IMG/VR virus record: IMGVR_UViG_3300045988_122236
Location: 1 to 40,831 of that record
Strand: one strand, 5' to 3'
Length of the DNA: 40,831 bases
DNA from: a virus
The notes beneath the pieces are model-generated. The model was not told where the DNA came from. It saw only the letters and a list, made by a program, of their open reading frames with translations, and ran no database searches. Below are positions 33,301 to 40,805 of this stretch, one piece after another. The position numbers and the translations under genes were made by a program. The stretch's first letter is position 1. Every line of letters begins with the position of its first letter.

Positions 33301-36300
33301 TGACGTTGCTATGCAGGACTTTGATCTGCTGACGCAGCAAACAGGCAGCGTTACAAAAGCCGCACGCACGGTGGCAGATGAGTTGACACAGGCGGTAAAC
33401 GCCGACAAGTGGGATGCAGAGAACGTATACAAAGGCTACTATGCCGCAGAGCAGCTGCAGCATCGGTTGAGTGAGCTTCCGCCTGACAGTGCAGAAGCCG
33501 CGCTTGTGAAGGCGCAGATTCAGCGAATTAACGGTGCTGTGAGTGTCGGGCAGAGCAAAGCCGGACAGAGCCTTGTATCGGGACGGTGGGCACAGCCGGA
33601 TGAATACACGGCCCTGCGAAAGCTTGACCAGTATAATCAGGGAGCCGTTGACCGTTTTTCGCGCACTGCAAATGGACGCAGGCTGAACGAGGTTGCACAG
33701 GACGTTGCAGACACATTTGCCGGACCGATGGACGATGAGTTTACGGCGTTTGTGCGGGAGCAGGGCATTGATACCGGCGATGATGTGCGCGATCAGATGG
33801 AGTATTTGGCCGGGCAGATTCAGCGCATGGGCCAGACCCACCATGTGGATATCAACGAGGAACAGGCGCGGGCGGCAGCGGCCAGCGTGCAGGCAGGCGG
33901 CACGATTGAGGATATTTTTAGCGCATTTGCCCGGCAAAGTCTTGGCATTGAAAACCTGAGCCAGGAAGACTTTGATTATGCGGTAAATGCTTTTTCCCGC
34001 ATCCGCGATATGCCGGACAGCAAAGAGCGGTATAAGCTGGAAATGAGCGTATACAACCGTATGGCAAACTATATGCCTGCGCGCGGCTTTGCCGACAGGC
34101 TGAACAATATCCGGTATTTGTGCATGCTGGGCAACAGCCGGACGCATATCCGAAACATACTGGGCAACGTGATGATGGGTACGGTAGTGCGCGCCAAAGA
34201 CAATGTTGCCGGTGTGATGCAGCTTGCCTTACCGCAGAGCGAGCGCACAAAGGCAATTGGCACTACACTGACGGCAGACGGACGGCAGATGGTACAGCGC
34301 GCCAGAGAGTACGCAGAAAGCAACATGTATTCCACGCTATTCCAGGACGGACGATGGAACATGGACACCGGCCTTGCCGCTGCAAGAGATACGTTTACGA
34401 CGAGACCCGGCAGAGCGATTGAACGGTTGTCTGACATCAACGGCAATTTGCTGGAAGCGGAGGATAATTACTTTCTGCGCAGCGAGTTCGGCAACAGTAT
34501 GGCCAGCTTTTTGAAAGCACGCGGATATGACAGCAGCATTTTTGATGCTACAGACACGCACAGCAGAAGTGTTATACAACAGGCAGCAGCGCAAGCTTTG
34601 GAAGATGCGCGGGAGGCTACTTTCCATGAGGAAAACTTCCTGAGCACGGCGTTTAAAAACCTTTCCAACGATGTGCGGCAGCACGGCCCGGCGGGCACGC
34701 TGGCGCACGCTGTAATTGAAGGTATTCTGCCGTTCAAGAAAACACCCATCAACATTGCCAAGAACGCACTGGAATACAATGCGATTGGCGGCACGGTGGA
34801 GGCAATTTATCGAGGAGCAACCGGGCAGGGCGCAGCGCGCGTTATGGATGCGGCGGCCAAAGGTATTACCGGGTCTGCCATTATGGGAGCCGGGTATCTG
34901 CTGGCTAAGAACGGCATGCTGACCGGCGGCGCCAGCGGCGACGACCGTGCCGACGCCTACAAGGACATGACCGGCGAACAGAACTATGCGGTCAAGGTCC
35001 CCGGCAAGGGAACCTATACGCTGGACTGGGCAAGCCCTGCCAGCGTGCCGCTGCTGATCGGCGCGGAGATTGCCAACGACAATACAGACCTTACGGTTGG
35101 GCAAATTTTGGACAAGGCACGGCAGCTGAGCCAACCCGTACTAGAAACCACCATGCTGCAGGGATTAAATGACACGCTGGACAGCATCAGCTATGCGGAT
35201 TCCAACGACAAGCTGGCAACGCTGGGCATGAGTGCGCTGGGCAGCTATGCAAACCAGTTTGTACCGACAGCGCTTGGGCAGATTGCCCGCACGGCGGACG
35301 ATACAAGACGCAGCACCTACGGCGGCGGAGACACAAAGACGGAACGGGACGTTGGCTACAATCTGAACAAGATGGAGAGCAAGATTCCCGGTCTGAGCAG
35401 AAATCTGGAACCGTATGTAGACCAGTGGGGCCGCGAGGAAGCAAGCCTTGACGGCACAGGGAATACAGCAGGCGGCACGCTTTTGCGCGGGCTGTACAAC
35501 ATGGGCAGCCCCGGTTACCTGAGCCAAGAGAATGTGACGCCTGTGGACGAGTATCTGCAAGTGCTGTACGGTGAAACCAACGACAGCAAGGTACTGCCGG
35601 AAAAGGCAAGCAGCAAGCTGACGCTGGACAAGGAAACCTACTACATGACCCCGCAGGAAAAGACCGAGTACGCCAAGACCAGCGGCAAGACGGCCTACGA
35701 CATTGTGGACAGCCTGCGCCAGAACGAAATGTTCTTGCAGCTGCCGGAGGAGCAGCAGGCGGAGCTTGTGCAGGATGCCTACACGGTGGCAAAAACCGCC
35801 GGCGGCGTGGCCGCTGTTGGTGACGGCGTGAGCGGCGTTGATTCCAAGGAGTATCAGGCATACGAGGACGGCGGCACAGATGGGCTGGTAAACTACATGC
35901 TGGCGAAAAACGCGGTGGATGTTGCCAAAGGCGATGCCGACAGCATCAGCAAGACGGACAAGTGGGAAGCAGTAAGTGGCACGCTGAGCGGTGACGCGGC
36001 AGCAAGTGCCTACGTTGCGCAGAGCGGCAAGGACAGCGTTGAACGACGCGTTTACGACGCGGCAGGGGAAAGTGGCTTGACTGCCTATATGAACGCCTAC
36101 AGCAGCATTTCTGCCGGTCTGGAGGAGGGCAAGGAACCGAGCCAGAAGCAGATGACCGCTGCGCTTTTAAAGGCCGGGCTGAATGACACCGATCTTGCCA
36201 AAACGTACTTTTCTGTTTACTCAAAGGATGAAAAGGGCGCGGCCATGTATTCAAAGTACGGCACAAGCGGGCTGAAAAGCTGGCTGGCGTATATCACGGT

Positions 36301-36442
36301 GGCGGACGCTGACGGAAACGGCAGCATCAACCAGACCGAAGCCAAGAACGCGCTGAATGCAATGGACCTGACGGAAGAATTGAAGCGCGCCTACTGGCAG
36401 AACACGAACAAGAGCTGGAAAGCAAACAATAATCCGTACTGA
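30389..36442 (+). CDS. Giant 2017-aa protein: basic low-complexity N-terminus, a large conserved-looking core and a C-terminal EF-hand-like loop. Candidate packaged/ejected polyvalent protein.
   Basis: Single uninterrupted ORF with protein-like composition throughout. No catalytic motif recognised. Confidence 0.85.
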   Translation: MARVRTREEALLNAYLNRYQNVQASTVNSGSSAAQSAQSKGSALMNSTDKTLPEVKDYSADVYNGIIKSADRDQNLTVTAAKAYQKEQEEAAKAAEKAVAKSRRSSGKSSSKSSGKAADSDSDTTDVSAAVNELLGGTAKDKPQSNTTKKKVTDANSGATAQAERNASARKKYDGSEQEKSDKKYRQEQKNQKIQRTLNEKQNGNPGKTGNSYAERRAAAQGTQSRAVTSAGKQVGSSYAAAGQAPTEREIAAGQQVKKQTADTLQKLQTDNDYLAELAKPGRKLTQSEINAVKQYGRNANDLYKEYQDGKISVSEYNQQAQDLARLNQKASLNGLGQGMQAFTSGLMTSVPFLKQADKAVKSLGGDAYSKAIEDGVIPDTLETLQGYQDQNKLAAAAGTMAGKSAQYATFNNLMAGTHLADTMGKVGGKVMGAASKIPGLERFATPAAGEALGRILTDQTADTALDTIPSLVNDLAAYDEQQGRIKNGEQVDNALTPGQIGLNVLGNVGQNFAMNALPEIGGAVVNGIKNSRTAQRMLDEQAQALADGTLQNDAAMLLRSNDLTPTKNLPIDNAGRQAQNEVTGGIANGTTDLGGTVPANIPVLSDGGKRLEPQPGENGIEVSGTAGAGREAAEAAGNGARAAADGAADSTDVGSWASAITGKDRRSALTRRVEDLGQRIASGENRDTLLRDANDIAARIVKESDFAEQTDHAATVLRDYMKNTPIRLDEQTAGELLYTSGLKNLGQYNIQNGTNFSTKKGLDFDVAMQELNGMNVGLSGGDGVDALLDAVAKSKSKPAVDEVYASAYTEYVRDTLLDGTQKGGLSDEGFSDWLEVQGFNEDAPVYVRQMYERQNGYNPWRGTDYNQNVLNRAEDVPTENPGALGLERQTAESVSAEVPAVNREAMPLNGSESVPENAVGAENTQYDRREVLNQDYANQRVMSGDMSKEEAAQLGIGQQTHTVYSRAEGHDVAMQDFDLLTQQTGSVTKAARTVADELTQAVNADKWDAENVYKGYYAAEQLQHRLSELPPDSAEAALVKAQIQRINGAVSVGQSKAGQSLVSGRWAQPDEYTALRKLDQYNQGAVDRFSRTANGRRLNEVAQDVADTFAGPMDDEFTAFVREQGIDTGDDVRDQMEYLAGQIQRMGQTHHVDINEEQARAAAASVQAGGTIEDIFSAFARQSLGIENLSQEDFDYAVNAFSRIRDMPDSKERYKLEMSVYNRMANYMPARGFADRLNNIRYLCMLGNSRTHIRNILGNVMMGTVVRAKDNVAGVMQLALPQSERTKAIGTTLTADGRQMVQRAREYAESNMYSTLFQDGRWNMDTGLAAARDTFTTRPGRAIERLSDINGNLLEAEDNYFLRSEFGNSMASFLKARGYDSSIFDATDTHSRSVIQQAAAQALEDAREATFHEENFLSTAFKNLSNDVRQHGPAGTLAHAVIEGILPFKKTPINIAKNALEYNAIGGTVEAIYRGATGQGAARVMDAAAKGITGSAIMGAGYLLAKNGMLTGGASGDDRADAYKDMTGEQNYAVKVPGKGTYTLDWASPASVPLLIGAEIANDNTDLTVGQILDKARQLSQPVLETTMLQGLNDTLDSISYADSNDKLATLGMSALGSYANQFVPTALGQIARTADDTRRSTYGGGDTKTERDVGYNLNKMESKIPGLSRNLEPYVDQWGREEASLDGTGNTAGGTLLRGLYNMGSPGYLSQENVTPVDEYLQVLYGETNDSKVLPEKASSKLTLDKETYYMTPQEKTEYAKTSGKTAYDIVDSLRQNEMFLQLPEEQQAELVQDAYTVAKTAGGVAAVGDGVSGVDSKEYQAYEDGGTDGLVNYMLAKNAVDVAKGDADSISKTDKWEAVSGTLSGDAAASAYVAQSGKDSVERRVYDAAGESGLTAYMNAYSSISAGLEEGKEPSQKQMTAALLKAGLNDTDLAKTYFSVYSKDEKGAAMYSKYGTSGLKSWLAYITVADADGNGSINQTEAKNALNAMDLTEELKRAYWQNTNKSWKANNNPY

Positions 36443-36450
36443 GGTGGCGT

Positions 36451-36612
36451 ATGAAGTTTGACTTTTGCAAGGACTGCCTGACGGACGAGGAGCGGGCGGT
36501 GCTTGCCCTGCGGAAGCGGGGCTGGCGCAATGCGGAGATTGCCGCTGAGCTGCATTGCAGCGAACGGACGGTGAACCGCAGGGTGCGGAAGTTGAAAGAC
36601 AAGGGAATATGA
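36451..36612 (+). CDS. 53-aa LuxR/GerE-type (sigma-70 region-4-like) HTH protein. Below the ORF-track cut-off.
   Basis: MKFDFCKDCLTDEERAVLALRKRGWRNAEIAAELHCSERTVNRRVRKLKDKGI. GAGGTGG SD 4 nt upstream of the ATG. Confidence 0.65.
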   Translation: MKFDFCKDCLTDEERAVLALRKRGWRNAEIAAELHCSERTVNRRVRKLKDKGI

Positions 36613-36618
36613 CACCGG

Positions 36619-36658
36619 GAGGGGGTAGTGCCAGATTGGCACTACCCCCTCTTTTTTT
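36619..36658 (+). terminator. Very strong intrinsic terminator (14-bp stem, T7).
   Basis: GAGGGGGTAGTGCC-agatt-GGCACTACCCCCTC followed by TTTTTTT. Confidence 0.9.
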
Positions 36659-36746
36659 GTTGGCGCAGAATTGACGCAAGGAAGGCGCGGGATTGGCCTA
36701 CGGATACGGGTGGCAAGCGGTACAATAAAGGCAAGAGGTGAGGACG

Positions 36747-37085
36747 ATGTACCAGAACTGGAATACCTTTGGCAATCCGTATGGCGGCACATACCAGCCG
36801 CAGCCCTGCACCATAACGAAGGTGAGCGGGGAGAACGGCGCGAGAGCCTTTGGGATGGCACCAAATTCCAGCGTGCTTTTGCTGGATGAAACTGCGCCTT
36901 TGGTTTGGCTGAAAACCACAGACGGCGCAGGCTACCCGACCTTGACGCCCTACACAATTACGCCTTACCATGCAGCGCCGCCGGTAGATGTGAACGCACT
37001 GGAACAGCGCATTGTGAGATTGGAGGAGAAGCTCAATGACAAACCCGATCCTGCAGGCAATGGGGACAAGCGGCCTGCCAAATAA
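36747..37085 (+). CDS. Hypothetical protein (MYQNWNTFGNPYGG...PNSSVLLLDETAPLVWLKTTDGAGYPT...).
   Basis: ATG at 36747 after AGAGGTGAGG. Confidence 0.6.
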   Translation: MYQNWNTFGNPYGGTYQPQPCTITKVSGENGARAFGMAPNSSVLLLDETAPLVWLKTTDGAGYPTLTPYTITPYHAAPPVDVNALEQRIVRLEEKLNDKPDPAGNGDKRPAK

Positions 37086-37248
37086 CCCGATGGCCATGAT
37101 GCAGCAGTTTGTGCAGTTCAAGCAGCAGATGCAGGGGAAAGACCCGCAGAAAATGGTGGAGCAGATGCTTGCCAGCGGGCAGATGAGCCAGCAGCAGTTT
37201 GAACAGTTAAAGGGCATGGCGGAAAGCCTGAAAGGGATTTTGTACTGA
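37036..37248 (+). CDS. Hypothetical Q/M-rich 70-aa protein.
   Basis: GGAGGAG SD 7 nt upstream. Overlaps the previous gene by 50 nt in another frame. Confidence 0.55.
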   Translation: MTNPILQAMGTSGLPNNPMAMMQQFVQFKQQMQGKDPQKMVEQMLASGQMSQQQFEQLKGMAESLKGILY

Positions 37249-37302
37249 TATAGGCTGGGTCGACACGGCTTATAAATACATTTTTACGGAAGGAAACGCA
37301 AC

Positions 37303-37890
37303 ATGGACAACGGATACTCTTTGAGTGACCTGCGTGCAGCGACCGGCGACGGCAACAGCTGGGGCAACGGTGCCTGGTGGATTATTATTTTGTTCCTGTT
37401 CTGCTTTATGGGCGGGAACGGATGGAACCGCAACACCGATTACAGTCAGTTTGCCACCGCTGCCAGCCAGCAGGAGATACTGTTTGGCCAGCAGTTCGGC
37501 CAGCTGAACGACCGCATCACCAACATTGGCAACGGCGTCTGCAATCTTGGCTATGAGATGCAGGGCAATGTGGCACAGCTTGGCAAAGAAGTGGCGCTTG
37601 GGCAGGCCAATTTGCAGCTGCAGGCCAGCAACAACGCGGCCAACCTGAGCCAGCAGCTTGCCAACTGCTGCTGCACAACCCAGCGTGCCATTGACGGCGT
37701 GAACGCAAACATCGACCAGAAGTTTGCCGCGCTGGAAAAGAGCCAGCTGGAACAGCGCATTGCGCAGCTTGAACAGGCAAACAACCAGCTGTACATGGCA
37801 CAGCAGTTTACCGGTGTGGTACGCTACCCGATGAACTACGCCTACAGCGCAGGCAACAGCCCGTTCTGCGGCGGGTGCGGCTGCAACTAA
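37303..37890 (+). CDS. Membrane protein with an N-terminal G/W-rich TM segment, a Q/N-rich coiled coil and a C-terminal CGGCGCN motif.
   Basis: GNGAWWIIILFLFCFMGGNGWN TM segment. Internal CCC. The ORF carries its own terminator. Confidence 0.65.
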   Translation: MDNGYSLSDLRAATGDGNSWGNGAWWIIILFLFCFMGGNGWNRNTDYSQFATAASQQEILFGQQFGQLNDRITNIGNGVCNLGYEMQGNVAQLGKEVALGQANLQLQASNNAANLSQQLANCCCTTQRAIDGVNANIDQKFAALEKSQLEQRIAQLEQANNQLYMAQQFTGVVRYPMNYAYSAGNSPFCGGCGCN

Positions 37891-37908
37891 TTCGCTATAA
37901 CAGCGCAC

Positions 37909-37940
37909 AGCCCGCATAGCAAGCGCTGTGCGGGCTTTTT
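37909..37940 (+). terminator. Intrinsic terminator (AGCCCGCA/TGCGGGCT plus T5), with an alternative upstream pairing CGCACAGC/GCTGTGCG.
   Basis: Read directly. Confidence 0.7.
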
Positions 37941-37961
37941 ACATGAAGGGAGACAAGTTAT

Positions 37962-38402
37962 ATGGCTTGCAATCAAAGGCTGAAGAACAGCCACTACAAG
38001 AGCGCACAGAACGCCTACAACAACACCGCTCAGACAATGGCTGCCACTGCCACGCCGGTAAATGTGCTTGGCGTGCTGAACACCGATACAGGGTGCGCGA
38101 TTGACACAAACGCGGGAGGGTTCCTGATTCAGTGCAGAGGCCTGTACAGAATCAGCTATGATGTGGTTTTCACGGCGGGGGCCGCCGGAACGGAAGTGCT
38201 GCAGGGTATGAAGGATGCTGCGGCACTGCCCTGCATGACGGCACAGGCCACTGTGGCGGCTGACGGCAGTGTGACGCTGCACGCGGAAACGACCGTGTAC
38301 ATCCCGGTATGCTGCGGCAATACACCGACCATCAGCGCGGTTATGAGCGGCGTTGCGGGTACGGTGACCCATGTATGTGCAAGCGTTGTAAAGCTGGCAT
38401 GA
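37962..38402 (+). CDS. C1q/TNF-like (BclA C-terminal-domain-like) jelly-roll protein.
   Basis: ...FLIQCRGLYRISYDVVFTAGAAG...SVTLHAETTVYIP...THVCASVVKLA matches the strand pattern of BclA_C/C1q domains. Judged from memory. Confidence 0.5.
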   Translation: MACNQRLKNSHYKSAQNAYNNTAQTMAATATPVNVLGVLNTDTGCAIDTNAGGFLIQCRGLYRISYDVVFTAGAAGTEVLQGMKDAAALPCMTAQATVAADGSVTLHAETTVYIPVCCGNTPTISAVMSGVAGTVTHVCASVVKLA

Positions 38403-38412
38403 GGTGGCAGTG

Positions 38413-38877
38413 ATGGAGAATATCAAGGCATACAAGGAAAAACTGGAACACGAGATTGACGAGTTTGCAGAGCACTACCCGGTGAACGAGCGCACAGTTG
38501 CCACACTTACGGCCATGCTGGAATGCTGGGAGCATGTAAAAGAATGCGCCGAGTGCGGCTGCGGCGGCGAGCTAACGAAGGACGAGGCAATGGCTTGGAT
38601 GTACAATATGCGCAACGAGGACGGCAGCATGGGCGCGCACTGGGATGTGGAACAGACACGGCCCTATATGGAGCCGCGCGGCATCAACTGCGAAGTGTGG
38701 AAGTGGGCCGCTGTGATGAACATGATGTACAGCGACTATTGCAAGGCGGCACGCAAGAACAGCGTGGACAGGCCGGAGTTTTACGCCGATCTGGCGGCGG
38801 CATTTCTTGACGACCGGGACGCGCCGGAGGATAAAGCCGGACGGTATTACCACAGTATTGCGGCAGTGCAGAAATAA
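38413..38877 (+). CDS. Hypothetical 154-aa protein. Last gene of the rightward unit.
   Basis: ATG at 38413 lies 5 nt after GAGGTGG. Confidence 0.6.
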   Translation: MENIKAYKEKLEHEIDEFAEHYPVNERTVATLTAMLECWEHVKECAECGCGGELTKDEAMAWMYNMRNEDGSMGAHWDVEQTRPYMEPRGINCEVWKWAAVMNMMYSDYCKAARKNSVDRPEFYADLAAAFLDDRDAPEDKAGRYYHSIAAVQK

Positions 38878-38883
38878 AAAATC

Positions 38884-38922
38884 AGCCCGCAGCTGACGAG
38901 GATTTTTCGTCAGCTGCGGGCT
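38884..38922. terminator. Bidirectional terminator between the convergent late and early units (15-bp perfect stem).
   Basis: AGCCCGCAGCTGACG-N9-CGTCAGCTGCGGGCT, with an A-run upstream and T residues downstream. Confidence 0.85.
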
Positions 38923-38930
38923 TTGCTGTG

Positions 38931-39377
38931 TCATGGGAGAATATCAAGTTCCCATCCGGAGGGAAGTTCTAAGAGAAACAAGCCGGTGCGTTCCTGGGCA
39001 CGTACCCAGAAATCAGAGCGGTTCAGTTCTTTTGCTGTATCCCGGCGCGATTTGCCCTCAAAGTAAATGGCAATCAGGACGGATTGCTGGTCGGAGTTGA
39101 GGGGTTTCATAGCTTCGTGCCGCTTGGAATAGGCTGTGTTCATCTCGGCGCTGGCACGGCAGTACCGGACATAGGCTTTATCGTACCGCTCTGCCAGGCG
39201 GGCCACCGGGTCGGAGCGGGCGTTGCCTTTTGGCATACCATCGGCAGGGTGAGCCGACATGGCGGCGTTGGATTCATAGAATTTGTCGCGGGCCTCGATG
39301 AAGGCTTTCTGATAGGCGGCGTATTTTTCCATCCATTTTTGACGCTGGGTGTTGCCGCAGGGTACATTATTTTCCAT
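38931..39377 (-). CDS. ArpU/RinA-like (sigma-70 region-4-like) late-gene transcriptional regulator.
   Basis: C-terminal SDQQSVLIAIYFEGKSRRDTAKELNRSDFWVRAQERTG. ATG at 39377 after GGAGGG. Last gene of the early operon. Confidence 0.6.
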   Translation of the reverse strand: MENNVPCGNTQRQKWMEKYAAYQKAFIEARDKFYESNAAMSAHPADGMPKGNARSDPVARLAERYDKAYVRYCRASAEMNTAYSKRHEAMKPLNSDQQSVLIAIYFEGKSRRDTAKELNRSDFWVRAQERTGLFLLELPSGWELDILP

Positions 39378-39528
39378 TGCTGATTCCCTCCAACCAGTAA
39401 TCTTTTTTGCACTGTTCACAGGGTTTACCATCCCTTACACATTTGGTTTTATATAATTTATCAATCTTTTTAGGGCATATATTTATAATGCCGTTTTTCA
39501 TTGGGGCATACTTCAAATTTTTCAGCAT
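39367..39528 (-). CDS. 53-aa Cys-rich small protein (…ICPKKIDKLYKTKCVRDGKPCEQCKKDYW…). Below the ORF-track cut-off.
   Basis: The ATG overlaps the HNH stop (TGATG). The 3' end overlaps the ArpU-like start. It lies in an AT-rich patch. Confidence 0.45.
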   Translation of the reverse strand: MLKNLKYAPMKNGIINICPKKIDKLYKTKCVRDGKPCEQCKKDYWLEGISNGK

Positions 39529-39893
39529 CAATCAGTCGCATGGTTATCCCTCACTTTCTCAAAATAGAATTTAATCGCTTTCGGATTTTCCAGCACATTG
39601 CCGTAAACGACGCCGACCTTGTAAATGTAGTTCTCTTGCAGCTTTCGCGGGATCTCTGCAATGTACTGTCTGAATGTTTCAAGGTCGTGGGCGCGTTTGT
39701 AGTGATTGCACATGCGGCAGGACGGCATAAGGTTTTCAATGTCATCTGTGCCGGAACCCCCTGGGTTCCATGCCCTCTGCGGCTTAAAGTGGTCTACCTG
39801 CATATCATTGTAGGCAATGTGGCGGCCACAGTAAGCGCAATGACCGTCAAATTTCTTGTACACCGCAACGCGGGTCTTTTTACTGATTGCCAT
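39528..39893 (-). CDS. HNH endonuclease.
   Basis: CAYCG...VDHFKP...NLMPSCRMCNHYK. Confidence 0.85.
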   Translation of the reverse strand: MAISKKTRVAVYKKFDGHCAYCGRHIAYNDMQVDHFKPQRAWNPGGSGTDDIENLMPSCRMCNHYKRAHDLETFRQYIAEIPRKLQENYIYKVGVVYGNVLENPKAIKFYFEKVRDNHATD

Positions 39894-39912
39894 TTATTCA
39901 TCCTCGCTGTAC

Positions 39913-40539
39913 TTATAGTCGTATTGATACATCCTCTACATATGCCATGCCCTTGCGCAGATTGAGCGATTTTGGGTTGAGAATACAAGCCGGGGCGACA
40001 GCACCGCCAATGTACGCACAGCAGTTGCACAACTTACCATCCGCGTGCACAATGAGAACGTAGCTCGCGTAGTCTGTGTTGGAACCCTTGTCACCGCAAT
40101 ACCAAGGTGTGGCAGTCCAAATCCAGCTGTCGTAGTGTGGGATGTAGTCACGGTACTTGCGATACTCGTCACATGTCAGGATAAAAACGGTGTCTTTCAC
40201 TGTTCCATAGGCGCGGTCGCCGTTGTCGGCTACAAGGTCAACGGCATGTAACAGCAGACTTTTTTTCTCGAAAACAGCGTTCGCCATATCAGATAGAATC
40301 CCACGCACATTGCTGGTGCGGTAGTTATTCATATTGCCCTTTTCGTCAGCAAAAAGACAACTTTGGCAGAACTTTTTATCGGTAAATTTATCACTTGGGC
40401 AGAATTTTACATCTTTTGCCCAGGGATTTGCCATAATAGCCAGCACACCGCCGTCAGGGTGGTTCGTGTCAAGGCATACCCACTCGAAATTCTTGAACAT
40501 GAAGTGTTCTCCGGGGCGCATGGTTGTGATGTTAGTCAT
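39913..40539 (-). CDS. DUF6273-like protein of unknown function.
   Basis: FEWVCLD...GGVLAIMANPW...NVRGILS...FILTCDEY...WIWTATPW...GAVAPACILN pattern. GGAGGT SD. Confidence 0.6.
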   Translation of the reverse strand: MTNITTMRPGEHFMFKNFEWVCLDTNHPDGGVLAIMANPWAKDVKFCPSDKFTDKKFCQSCLFADEKGNMNNYRTSNVRGILSDMANAVFEKKSLLLHAVDLVADNGDRAYGTVKDTVFILTCDEYRKYRDYIPHYDSWIWTATPWYCGDKGSNTDYASYVLIVHADGKLCNCCAYIGGAVAPACILNPKSLNLRKGMAYVEDVSIRL

Positions 40540-40805
40540 TGTCGGTTACCTCCGTGAGCCAGTATTTGCGACGGCAGCCGTCGCAGTCTTTTTCATTTTT
40601 GCATCCAATTCTTTCATCAATGTCGCAAGAGCGAATACCCAAAATTCCATCATCTTCATCTATTACTGCATTCGGGAACAACTTTAAAAACTCACTCTGG
40701 CGGGTCTTAACGGGGTGGTCTTTTGCCCATTGCTCGCCTTTTGAAACTGTTTCCTCAATGCTTTTATCCGAATCGTCATCTGGCCAAATCATGCACAAGT
40801 CCCCT
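40532..40805 (-). CDS. 3' part of the junction-spanning ORF (…LCMIWPDDDSDKS…CDGCRRKYW…).
   Basis: The track ORF 40532..40798 begins at a TTG only because the window ends. The upstream in-frame sequence is found at 77..1. Confidence 0.6.

Noticed and set aside
36305-36340. DADGNG in the giant protein as a DxDGD catalytic motif of a virion RNA polymerase (N4/crAss-like).
   Set aside because: The third acidic residue is Asn. The motif lies about 45 aa from the C-terminus, and the full 12-residue context DADGNGSINQTE fits an EF-hand loop. No double-psi beta-barrel context was recognised.
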